A DNA stretch of 64,000 bases from Deltaproteobacteria bacterium (GTDB lineage Bacteria > Bdellovibrionota_B > Oligoflexia > Oligoflexales > CAIYRB01). The notes under the pieces are model-generated. The model was not told the origin of the DNA, did no database searches, and saw only the letters and a list, made by a program, of their open reading frames with translations. The stretch covers positions 212,466 to 276,465 of the forward strand of contig VGTI01000001.1 in NCBI GenBank assembly GCA_016874735.1, written 5' to 3'. This document shows positions 28,463-36,755 of this stretch, in pieces; within the stretch, counting starts at the first letter, position 1; each line of letters begins with the position of its first letter. Made by a program: the position numbers and the translations under genes.

Positions 28463-31400
28463 TCACATCTGCACTGCGAAGAGATCACAGTATGCACGAT
28501 TTTCACTCGCCACTGCCCCTCCCGTAGAACTGAAGGACATCCAGACATAATAAGTAGTCGTGGTCCCACCATTTAAGGTTACATAGGTATCAGCATGTAT
28601 GGTGCTCCAATACCCCCCGACGGCGACTTGATAAGGGTAGTAAAAGGTCGAATTTAGGGAAGTGCTGCTAGTACTCAGAGTCATAACAAATTGGCCTGTG
28701 TTTGATTGCATCGCCATTTGCCGATTGGTGATGCGGTAACGACGAGCCGGACCTGCGGGCACTGTAATAGTTAGATACTCACCTGTGTAATACCAGCCGG
28801 TGCCCGGCGCATAAAAGCGACTAGCTGGCTGTGTGGAAGAGATAATGTCTCCAAGGCCACCTGAGATACGTGCGTTACCAATCACATCTAGAGTGGCGGC
28901 AGGGGACGATGTTGCGATGCCTACGTTGCCGCCTTGTGGGTTCAAAGCTAGCGTTTTTTTATTGGTGTTGATGTTCACGGATTGTATGTAGGAAAGCCCA
29001 TTAGATTTATCGGCGCCCATAAACAACGCGTAGTCAGACGAGGTCGATCCAGTTGCAATTTGGAACGGATGTCCACCGTTTTCAATACTGGCATAATTAC
29101 CCAACGAGCTAATATCAAGTTTGTTGGCCGCGACAGAAGTCCCTATCCCGACGTTGCCTGTTTCGGTAATTCTCATGCGCTCAACTGCATTGGCTGCATC
29201 GCCCGAAGTTTGAAAAGAAAGATAGCCTTGGTCATCCCAAGTCGTTGAGCCAGAATAAATTGCAGCTGAATTATTTGAAGCGCCACGATTGTATCCGTGC
29301 CAAACGATGCCTCCGTGAGTCCACCCACTCGATCCGGTTGCGTTAGCACTGGATATGCCAATGTTACCGGACTGAATGAATACTTTTTCAAGGGGCGCCG
29401 TAGTCCCAATTCCGATGTTCCCTGCACTTGATACTGTCAATCTGTCTTGCGCCTGAGTACGCAAGCTGAAGGCGTGAGCAGTATTAGTTCCCACACCACC
29501 CTCATTCTCATTTGCAAAATAGTGTGTGTACACGCCACTGGCGTTTTCCAATACCACACCAGCCCAACTACCCGTGAGCGAATTGCTTCTGACTCTGACG
29601 TCCTGGTTACCTGACCCGATGACATCCAGTTGGCTGGTTGGCGCCGTGGTCCCAATACCCACGCTACCGCTAAAGAAACCGCTACCACCGGACATATCAC
29701 CAGTGGTTGTAATCATAGAGGCGCCGTTTATCGTTGCTGCTGAGATGATGGGGGAGGCAAGGGTCTTATTGCTTAAGGTTTCATTCGCAGTTTGTGTCAC
29801 CACCACACCACTCGTGGGAAAGGTCGCTGATGAGTTAACACCCGTACCTCCAGCAGAAGATGGCAGTACCCCAGTGACAGCTGCCGTCTGCGCTAAATTA
29901 ATGGCGCCAAAGGATGGTGTGCCACCATTACTTGGCACGACTAAGCTCTGATAGGCGGTGCCTGCAGCGGTGGAGAGGATATTGCTGCCACCATTACCAA
30001 GCAAGACGCCATTAGTTGTGAAATTAGTCGCACCGGTACCACCGTTACTAACGGGTAAATTGCCAGTCGTGATGATGGAGGCAGGAAGCGACGGAATATC
30101 TGCGACGACAAGCGCGCCACCATGATAGAGACGGCCTTTCGCGTCGGTGGCCACCTTCGTATAGGTACCTGCTACTACACCAGTCGCGGTGAGCGTGGGA
30201 CTCGGGAAGTTACCTGTGAGATCGCCACCAGCGGCACCAGTTGGAGCTAGACCAGAGGTCCACGAGAGTTGCCCTGATCCGTCGGTGACTAAAGTCTGGC
30301 CGTTGGTGCCATCGCTACTTGGCAGAGTCCATACAGTAGAAGCCGATAAATTATCGGGAGCTTTTAGGGCTAGAGACTGACTGTTTGTACTGTCGTGTAT
30401 CACTAACTTTTTACCGGTCACACCGTCACCGCGCAGCGTGAGATCGCCGTTAAATGAGCCTGTGGATGCGGTGACGCTCCCTAAAGTATCAATGACAGTC
30501 GAGCCCGCTATGAGCGAAGCACCTGTCACAGTCGCTGCACTGACAATCGGTGAGGCGAGTGTTTTATTACTCAGCGTTTCCGCGGCAGTTTGTGTCACGA
30601 TCACGCCTGAAGTTGGGAACGTCGCAGTCGAGTTGATACCAGTGCCACCGGCGGACGTAGGTAGTAATCCAGTCACGGCTGCCGTCTGCGCTAAATTAAT
30701 GGCACCAAAAGACGGCGTGCCACCGTTACTAGGCACCACTAAGCTCTGGAAGGCGGTGCCTGCAGCGGTCGAGAGGAGATTGCCGCCGCTGTTGCCAAGA
30801 ACGACACCGTTATTGGCAAAGCTCGATGCGCCTGTACCGCCGTTGGCGACTGGGATGACGCCACTGGTGACACTCGACGCTGGTAGCGGTGGAATATCGC
30901 TGACTGTGAGTGTGGCGCCTGAATATATCCGTCCCTTCGCGTCTGTCGTCACCTTCGTATACGTGCCCGCTGCTACACCAGTCATAGTGAGTGCAGGATT
31001 GGGGAAGTTACCGGTGAGATCGCCACCAGCGGCACCCGTTGGTGCCAGACCAGAGGTCCACGAGAGTTGACCGGATCCGTTGGTGACTAAAGTCTGACCG
31101 TTGGTGCCATCGCTACTCGGCAAAGTCCATACGGTAGAAGCTGATAAATTATCGGGAGCTTTTAGGGCTAGAGATTGATTGTTTGTACTGTCGTTTATGA
31201 CTAGCTTTTTGCTAGTCACGCCGTCACCACGCACTGTGAGGTCGCCATTAAATGTGCCATTAGCAGCAGTAACGTTACCGCTCGTATACATGACCGTTGT
31301 ACCTGATATTAACGAAGCCCCGTTGATGGTACCCGCGCTGAACACCGGGGAGTTCAGAGTTTTGTTGCTCAGTGTTTCTGCTGCACTCTGCGTGACTACG

Positions 31401-32638
31401 ACACCGCTTGTTGGAAACGTGGCCGTGGAACTAACCCCAGTACCGCCGTTACTGCTTGGCAACACACCGCTAGTGATGCTCGATGCTGTTAGCGGCGGGA
31501 TATCGCTGGCCGTTAGAGTGGCGCCCACGAAAACACGTCCCTTCGCATCCGTCACGATCTTCGTGTATGTGCCAGCAGCTACGCCTGTATTAGACAACGT
31601 CGCCTGAGCGCTGCCCGGACCTGAAGCCGTCACGTCACCAGTGAGGCTACTCATATAACTACCAGCTGTTTGTTTACTGCTAAAGCTTAGGTAATCAGCG
31701 TTAGAAATCAGACCAGCTGTTACTGTCGCACCCGCTGATGCCAGAGGGATACTGAGCGTGTGGATATTGGCGCTTGAGTTTATCGCTGGCGCAGTTCCGG
31801 TGTTACTGACCGCAAAGGACTGACTGTTGCCAGTCTGACCGTTTAGGGCGGAAAGTCCTGAGCCAGATACGCCTAGGGACCTTGCTTGGGTGCCGTCCCA
31901 GAATTTGATCTGGTTGGTGCTGGAGTTGTACCAGGTTTTACCTAGATCCGCTGAGCCTGTGCCGCTAGCGTTGAGCGTCGCGATTAATGCTGCCTCTGTA
32001 GAGTTGTCGAAGATCCCGAGTCCTAAAGTCTGAGCGGCAAAGATTTTGAGATCGCCACTAAGCTTGAGACCAGCAAAAGTCGGCGTCGCCGTAGGTTTAA
32101 TGTCCTGCTCGGTAATCGTTGGTGGGATGGACCAGGCTAATTTACCGCTGCCATCTGAGGTAAGGAATTTACCGGCACCACTGGTACCAGTGGTTACGAG
32201 CGAAAGCTTGCCATCGCCGTTAAAAGCGATGGTTTTTTCGTCTACAGGTACGCGCATGGCGTAGGGCACGAAACTAAACTTCTGCCGCGGATAGGTCTTA
32301 CCTGCGGCAGTCAGTTCTATATAAACCGGCTGCGCACCGTCACCGAAAATACTCTCGATATCCGCGGCTGTAAGGTCGAGGTTGAGCGTGAGCACACCTT
32401 GAGACAGTGGGATTTCGCTAAAACTAAAGACCCTTCCCCGCGGGGATCCACCGGAGTCAGTGACGAAAAACTTGGCCTCGATGGCGACTGGTCCATCGAG
32501 TGGCGCACCGTTAGCTTGTGTGAGTCTAGCTGCATAGCTGAGGGGAAAAGTCGGCGTATCGCCGTAGGTGAGCTGAGACGACATGACGAGACTCCAGACG
32601 CAGCAAGCGAGTGCTGCTGCGTTTAGCCGTCGTGTCAT
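28463..32638 (-). CDS. Giant secreted fibre/adhesin-like protein (phage-tail-fibre-like repeats; resembles Bdellovibrio cell-wall-anchor-type fibre proteins)
   Basis: Signal peptide after the ATG at 32638 (the ORF track starts at the TTG at 32659). Composition is G/T/S/A/V-rich. Repeated NGGTG and GN(I/V)GIGT...LDV motifs. 266-aa tandem repeats. Distinct 133-aa C-terminal domain. Confidence 0.85.
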   Translation of the reverse strand: MTRRLNAAALACCVWSLVMSSQLTYGDTPTFPLSYAARLTQANGAPLDGPVAIEAKFFVTDSGGSPRGRVFSFSEIPLSQGVLTLNLDLTAADIESIFGDGAQPVYIELTAAGKTYPRQKFSFVPYAMRVPVDEKTIAFNGDGKLSLVTTGTSGAGKFLTSDGSGKLAWSIPPTITEQDIKPTATPTFAGLKLSGDLKIFAAQTLGLGIFDNSTEAALIATLNASGTGSADLGKTWYNSSTNQIKFWDGTQARSLGVSGSGLSALNGQTGNSQSFAVSNTGTAPAINSSANIHTLSIPLASAGATVTAGLISNADYLSFSSKQTAGSYMSSLTGDVTASGPGSAQATLSNTGVAAGTYTKIVTDAKGRVFVGATLTASDIPPLTASSITSGVLPSSNGGTGVSSTATFPTSGVVVTQSAAETLSNKTLNSPVFSAGTINGASLISGTTVMYTSGNVTAANGTFNGDLTVRGDGVTSKKLVINDSTNNQSLALKAPDNLSASTVWTLPSSDGTNGQTLVTNGSGQLSWTSGLAPTGAAGGDLTGNFPNPALTMTGVAAGTYTKVTTDAKGRIYSGATLTVSDIPPLPASSVTSGVIPVANGGTGASSFANNGVVLGNSGGNLLSTAAGTAFQSLVVPSNGGTPSFGAINLAQTAAVTGLLPTSAGGTGINSTATFPTSGVIVTQTAAETLSNKTLASPIVSAATVTGASLIAGSTVIDTLGSVTASTGSFNGDLTLRGDGVTGKKLVIHDSTNSQSLALKAPDNLSASTVWTLPSSDGTNGQTLVTDGSGQLSWTSGLAPTGAAGGDLTGNFPSPTLTATGVVAGTYTKVATDAKGRLYHGGALVVADIPSLPASIITTGNLPVSNGGTGATNFTTNGVLLGNGGSNILSTAAGTAYQSLVVPSNGGTPSFGAINLAQTAAVTGVLPSSAGGTGVNSSATFPTSGVVVTQTANETLSNKTLASPIISAATINGASMITTTGDMSGGSGFFSGSVGIGTTAPTSQLDVIGSGNQDVRVRSNSLTGSWAGVVLENASGVYTHYFANENEGGVGTNTAHAFSLRTQAQDRLTVSSAGNIGIGTTAPLEKVFIQSGNIGISSANATGSSGWTHGGIVWHGYNRGASNNSAAIYSGSTTWDDQGYLSFQTSGDAANAVERMRITETGNVGIGTSVAANKLDISSLGNYASIENGGHPFQIATGSTSSDYALFMGADKSNGLSYIQSVNINTNKKTLALNPQGGNVGIATSSPAATLDVIGNARISGGLGDIISSTQPASRFYAPGTGWYYTGEYLTITVPAGPARRYRITNRQMAMQSNTGQFVMTLSTSSTSLNSTFYYPYQVAVGGYWSTIHADTYVTLNGGTTTTYYVWMSFSSTGGAVASENRAYCDLFAVQM
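29707..31597. repeat. Intragenic tandem repeat with a 798-bp (266-aa) period: two copies plus a shortened third
   Basis: CTTTTAGGGCTAGAGA... recurs at 30361 and 31159. SLALKAPDNLSASTVWTLPSSDGTNGQTLVT starts at aa 496 and aa 762. The upstream unit (aa 355-495) lacks an internal segment of about 60 aa. Confidence 0.85.
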
Positions 32639-32888
32639 CCTTCTCAGTTTGGAGCGCAACCGGTCTCCCCCTCCCTTGCTCTTGAAGGGCGTTTGGTACT
32701 CGGGAATGAGTCCTTAACACCCCGCCATCTTTAGAACTTCCTTCGGCAGGACGGGGGAAATCTTGAGGCGTAAAAATTGCGGTCTAAAATGGCAGTAGGT
32801 TCAGCGGGTTGGGTGTATTGTTTGCGGCAAATTTCAGGTGGGTACGGTCAATGGAAGTGCGAAAAGCCTGGCTTGTAATGATTGATTA

Positions 32889-32912
32889 TTTTTACTGCTA
32901 TAGCAGTAAAAA
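32889..32912. promoter_or_regulatory. Operator-like perfect palindrome 1 upstream of hipB
   Basis: TTTTTACTGCTA|TAGCAGTAAAAA is a 24-bp perfect palindrome. Its core TTTACTGCTATAGCAGTAAA spans 32891-32910. Confidence 0.55.
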
Positions 32913-32962
32913 AGTGCGCACTTTTGTCAAAAATCAGCTATACTGGATCTTATGTGGGTAAA

Positions 32963-32982
32963 TTTACTGCTATAGCAGTAAA
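32963..32982. promoter_or_regulatory. Operator-like perfect palindrome 2, abutting the hipB start codon
   Basis: The identical 20-bp core TTTACTGCTATAGCAGTAAA. Its centre lies 72 bp from that of site 1. It ends 1 nt before the ATG at 32983. Confidence 0.55.
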
Positions 32983-33252
32983 ATGGAATGGCAAATGCTC
33001 AACGACTTAGGCGACATCATCCGCTTTCACCGCAAAAAAAGCGGCCTCACGCAAGCACAGCTAGCCCAGCTGGCGGGCATAGGTAAGGCTGCGGTCTACG
33101 ATCTTGAACATCGGACTAAAAGCACTCGTATCGATACCCTGCAAAAGGTGCTCAACGTACTAAACATCTCCGTCAAACTGACCAGCCCTATCATGAACGC
33201 CTACGAGGAACTGAAACATGAAGCGCGCGCGAGTGTTCGTTCACAAGACTGA
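32983..33252 (+). CDS. hipB: XRE-family HTH protein, HipB-like component of a HipBST module
   Basis: SGLTQAQLAQLAGIGKAAVYDLEHRTKSTRIDTLQKVLNVL is a Cro/C1-type HTH. It is first in a three-gene overlapping cassette. Confidence 0.75.
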   Translation: MEWQMLNDLGDIIRFHRKKSGLTQAQLAQLAGIGKAAVYDLEHRTKSTRIDTLQKVLNVLNISVKLTSPIMNAYEELKHEARASVRSQD

Positions 33253-33535
33253 GGCCGGTATACTCGAGGAGATCGTCAAAGGTAGGTCTTACCGTTTTTG
33301 TTATCACGATGCTTACCAAGGACCACCTGTTTCTCTGACTATGCCAGTCGTAGAGAGAAATTTCGACTACGATAGGTTTCCTCCGTTTTTTGACGGTTTA
33401 CTGCCTGAAGGTATTCAGCTCCTTGGTCTACTCAGACAGGGGAAACTAGACAAGGATGACTACATGCAGCAACTCATTACGGTAGGGGCTGACTTAGTTG
33501 GAGCAGTGTCGGTTGAGGGACTAGATGATGAATAA
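33218..33535 (+). CDS. hipS: HipS-like protein (stand-alone HipA N-terminal subdomain)
   Basis: 105 aa. ...YRFCYHDAY...PVSLTMPV...FPPFFDGLLPEG matches the HipA N-terminal (Couple_hipA) pattern. Overlaps hipB by 35 nt and hipT by 11 nt. Confidence 0.75.
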   Translation: MKRARVFVHKTEAGILEEIVKGRSYRFCYHDAYQGPPVSLTMPVVERNFDYDRFPPFFDGLLPEGIQLLGLLRQGKLDKDDYMQQLITVGADLVGAVSVEGLDDE

Positions 33536-34451
33536 GTGCCCAATCACTTACGCGGAGTGCGGATCGAATAAGTTTTCTGCAGAAGGCCTTAAAAAAATTT
33601 CGGCCAAACTCTCAAACCTCAAAGATCTTCCGCTTGACACCAACGGACTGCGCCAGGAGGCCATGCTTAGGGCCACTAGACTATCCATTCAGGGAGTCCA
33701 ACCAAAACTCAGTGCCAAACTCAACATCAGAACGGAATCATTTGAGATCGTCGACGCCAAAGGCAAATTTATCCTGAAGCCTCAGGCTGATTATCCGGAA
33801 TTACCAGAGAACGAAGATCTCACCATGCACCTTGCGGAGGTCGTCGGATTCGACGTCCCAGTTCATGGACTAATCTACGCTCATGACCAATCCATGGTTT
33901 ACTTCATCGAGCGGTTTGATCGCCTTGGTCATAACAAAATTGCTACCGAAGACTTTGCGCAACTAGCCGGTGCGAATCGCGAGACTAAATACGCCTACAG
34001 CATGGAGCGACTTGTAGGTTTGATCGAAAAGTTTTGTACATTTCCCGTCGTTGAAAAGTCAGAGCTCTTCAAAAGAACGATATTTAGCTATCTGATTGGT
34101 AACGAGGACATGCACCTTAAGAATTTCTCCCTCATCACCAGAGACGATATCGTCCGCCTTTCGCCGGTATACGACTTTGTAAATTCCTCTATAGTGCTCA
34201 GAGATCCAGAAGAACTAGCACTGCCACTTAATGGCAAAAAGCGCGGGATTACCAGGAAACTGTTACTTGAGTATTATGGACTTGGGCGGCTAGGACTGGG
34301 GCAAAAGGTCATAGATGACCATATGCAGAGATTTAGTCGGGCACTTCCTGTATTTTATGATTGGATCGAAAAAAGCTTTCTGTCGGCAGCTTATCGCGAA
34401 AAATACAAGGCACTAGTGAACGCGCGAGCCACCATGCTCCAAATCACTTAA
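33525..34451 (+). CDS. hipT: HipT-like Ser/Thr kinase toxin (HipA C-terminal kinase core)
   Basis: Gly-rich loop LSIQGVQPKL, FILKP, ENEDLTMHLA, VPVHGL, catalytic IGNEDMHLKNFS and Mg-binding SPVYDFVNS. Confidence 0.85.
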   Translation: MMNKCPITYAECGSNKFSAEGLKKISAKLSNLKDLPLDTNGLRQEAMLRATRLSIQGVQPKLSAKLNIRTESFEIVDAKGKFILKPQADYPELPENEDLTMHLAEVVGFDVPVHGLIYAHDQSMVYFIERFDRLGHNKIATEDFAQLAGANRETKYAYSMERLVGLIEKFCTFPVVEKSELFKRTIFSYLIGNEDMHLKNFSLITRDDIVRLSPVYDFVNSSIVLRDPEELALPLNGKKRGITRKLLLEYYGLGRLGLGQKVIDDHMQRFSRALPVFYDWIEKSFLSAAYREKYKALVNARATMLQIT

Positions 34452-34539
34452 TTAAAAGTAGGAGGGCACTTTTTGATATGCTGACCGTGTCCTCAAACAG
34501 TCGAGACAGTTCTGGAGTCGTGGCCCCGCCCAGCGGGAG

Positions 34540-35883
34540 TCATATCGCCTGCAGAATATCGCTCATGGTCGCTGCGCCGTGATCGCGGCCGATGAGATGG
34601 ATCGCTTTGCGCAGATTGATGGGCATATCGTAGTGCCAGTTTTCTAGCCACTGCTCCATCGGACTACTGAGATCCTGCGTCACTTGCGTGACTTTTAGGT
34701 TGGTGGCGGGAGCGGTTGGGAAATAGGGATCAGTCACTTGCGGTGCTCCCGACGAGACCGATCCTTGCGTCTTACCAGCCACGACGTAGCCAAGTGACTG
34801 CAGAGCATCGAGGGCCTCGGTCACCCAGCTTGCTGGGAGTCGCATCTTGTGGGCTAGATCTTGGCCGCTCAGACCCTTGCCACTGCCCGCGGCAAACTGC
34901 TGATGAATAGCCAGCAGTGATACCCAGGGCAACGCAGCTTTGAACTGCATGTTGCGGAGCTGCTCAACGGGCGATTTACTCTGGTCTAAAGCCTCTTCCT
35001 CACCCTGCACGGGGAAACCCTCTTGCAGGCGCCAACTCACCAGTGCACCAATCAGAATGATGATCCACCCTATGTACAACCAAACCAGGAAGATCGGCAC
35101 CTGAGCCAACGCACCGTAGAGCGTTTGGTAGTTCTTGGCGTCGCGTACATAGATGCCGTACAGCCACCCACTGATCTGCAGGGCAGTCCCGGCGACCAAA
35201 GCACCCAGCGCTGCGTTCTTCGTGCCAACAGCACAGTTAGGACCGATCTTATAGAGGAAAAAGAAGAAGATGAAACTGCCGAGTAATTCCGTGAATCGAC
35301 CGATGATCCATGCCATGGGTCCGATACTCACGCTCGAAGTGGAGGAGAATAGTGCAGGAAAGCTCAGGCTTGCCGTGACCCCCACACCAATCGCCACAAT
35401 CACCATGCCTAACGTTAAAAAGGTCCAGAAGTACATAAAGCGGATGAAGACGTTGCGGCCCTTGCGGACCAACCAGATCCTATTCAAGGCCTCTTCAACC
35501 TGACGCAGCAGCAGAATCAGCGTGACTAGCACGCTGGCAAAGCTGGACCAACCTATAGTAGCAAGACTGATCTTGCTGATCATGCGATCGAGATAACTCA
35601 CCGCAGCCTCGCCGCTGTCTGAGGCAAGATTCTCGAGGATGAATTCGCGGGCTTGATCGATGAGGCTCGAGCCTTTGCCCAGTAGTGGCGTAAATAGCGA
35701 GAGCACGCAAAAAATGGCTACCAGCGATGGTACCAGCGACAGCAGCGTCACGTAGGCCATGGCGCTCGCCTGCTTGGTGAGGTCGCAGCGGACAATATCC
35801 TGGATAAAAATCCGACCTACATGGGAACGCGACCGGATACTCTCAGGGAGATAGCGATGAACTACGTCGATGTATTTCTGCAT
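34540..35883 (-). CDS. YihY/BrkB-family inner-membrane protein with a C-terminal soluble extension
   Basis: QASAMAYVTLLSLVPSLVAIF, about six TM helices and YGALAQVPIFLVWLYIGWIIILIGA are family hallmarks. The extra C-terminal ~150 aa is non-membrane. Confidence 0.8.
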   Translation of the reverse strand: MQKYIDVVHRYLPESIRSRSHVGRIFIQDIVRCDLTKQASAMAYVTLLSLVPSLVAIFCVLSLFTPLLGKGSSLIDQAREFILENLASDSGEAAVSYLDRMISKISLATIGWSSFASVLVTLILLLRQVEEALNRIWLVRKGRNVFIRFMYFWTFLTLGMVIVAIGVGVTASLSFPALFSSTSSVSIGPMAWIIGRFTELLGSFIFFFFLYKIGPNCAVGTKNAALGALVAGTALQISGWLYGIYVRDAKNYQTLYGALAQVPIFLVWLYIGWIIILIGALVSWRLQEGFPVQGEEEALDQSKSPVEQLRNMQFKAALPWVSLLAIHQQFAAGSGKGLSGQDLAHKMRLPASWVTEALDALQSLGYVVAGKTQGSVSSGAPQVTDPYFPTAPATNLKVTQVTQDLSSPMEQWLENWHYDMPINLRKAIHLIGRDHGAATMSDILQAI

Positions 35884-36485
35884 TAGTGCAGAATATCAGA
35901 ACCTTGCTTGCCTTGTCGCCGTTTAATCCAGGCGCGCATCTCCTTCACCACCGTGCGGTCCCACTCCGGATCTACGCGCGCTGAGCGGAAACGATCAAAC
36001 AGTGCATCAAGGATCCCGACAAAGGTTGTTGTCGCCTGGAGGCGATCGGCAAGTGGCAAGGCTACTGCCTTGGGCTCTCCGTCCTGTCCCTCCTGAGGCT
36101 CCGGTGTCGGTAGCTTGAGAGAGCGTGGACTCAGGTCGTCGCAGCCAAGCACGGCTGAATACTCACCGCCGTCTTTAACGCGCAGGCCGAGCTTCATCTC
36201 GCGTACGGTCTTACCGGTGGCCAGAGACGCCGAAGCCTCCTGGCTGTGGCTTGGGTCGCCACCCTTCATGACGTTCTGATGACTCATCGCCGCGTTGCCC
36301 TCGAGCACAAGGCGGTCGTCGACCCACAGGTCGATCTCCACATTTTGACCTGCAACCTCAAGTCTCAGACGCTCCTTCATAGTCTCGGCTAAGTACCATA
36401 GCCAGGTAAGAAACTCGCGCCCGAGAAAGCTCTTAGACCGGCCAAGCGTCATCAACTCGTCTAGGTGTGGAGATGCAATCGTCAT
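35883..36485 (-). CDS. Hypothetical protein (weak RdgC-like N-terminal pattern), coupled to the yihY-like gene
   Basis: 200 aa with FLGREFLTWLWYLAE... TAATG overlap with the downstream gene. The family assignment is only an impression. Confidence 0.55.
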   Translation of the reverse strand: MTIASPHLDELMTLGRSKSFLGREFLTWLWYLAETMKERLRLEVAGQNVEIDLWVDDRLVLEGNAAMSHQNVMKGGDPSHSQEASASLATGKTVREMKLGLRVKDGGEYSAVLGCDDLSPRSLKLPTPEPQEGQDGEPKAVALPLADRLQATTTFVGILDALFDRFRSARVDPEWDRTVVKEMRAWIKRRQGKQGSDILH

Positions 36486-36755
36486 ATGGTGAATATCTCA
36501 ATGTTTTCAGGGTGTTGGGTAAAATAGGAGGATGTGGATAAGGTGTTGATAACACAGGGATAAGCCATTCCTTGCCATGCGACTTCCGAGCGGGAGGCTA
36601 GCCAGGAACTGAGACCATTAATCCCCATGACGCAGACCCAAATCCGGTACACATCAAGGATGAGGAAATGAGTGTGTACGGATGCCTTTTATTTGTCAAC
36701 CGCGTGCTGGCAATTTTTTTCTTGTGGCAGATCTTCGTTGCATGACGCTCTAATA

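Noticed and set aside
29526-31607. Long ORFs antisense to the fibre gene (29526-29951, 30189-30380, 30438-31070, 31179-31607; up to 210 aa).
   Set aside because: They lie inside the repeat region, and their similarity to each other only mirrors the sense-strand repeats. The GGT/ACC/GCC-rich codon usage of the fibre gene removes stop codons from the opposite strand. They have no RBS or independent motifs.
36486-36755. A ~270-bp gap between the RdgC-like gene and the Smr gene, examined for an ncRNA or a sigma54 promoter (TGGCAATTTTTTTCTTG).
   Set aside because: The GG/GC spacing does not fit the -24/-12 consensus. I saw no convincing conserved structure. The uncertain Smr start may account for part of the gap.
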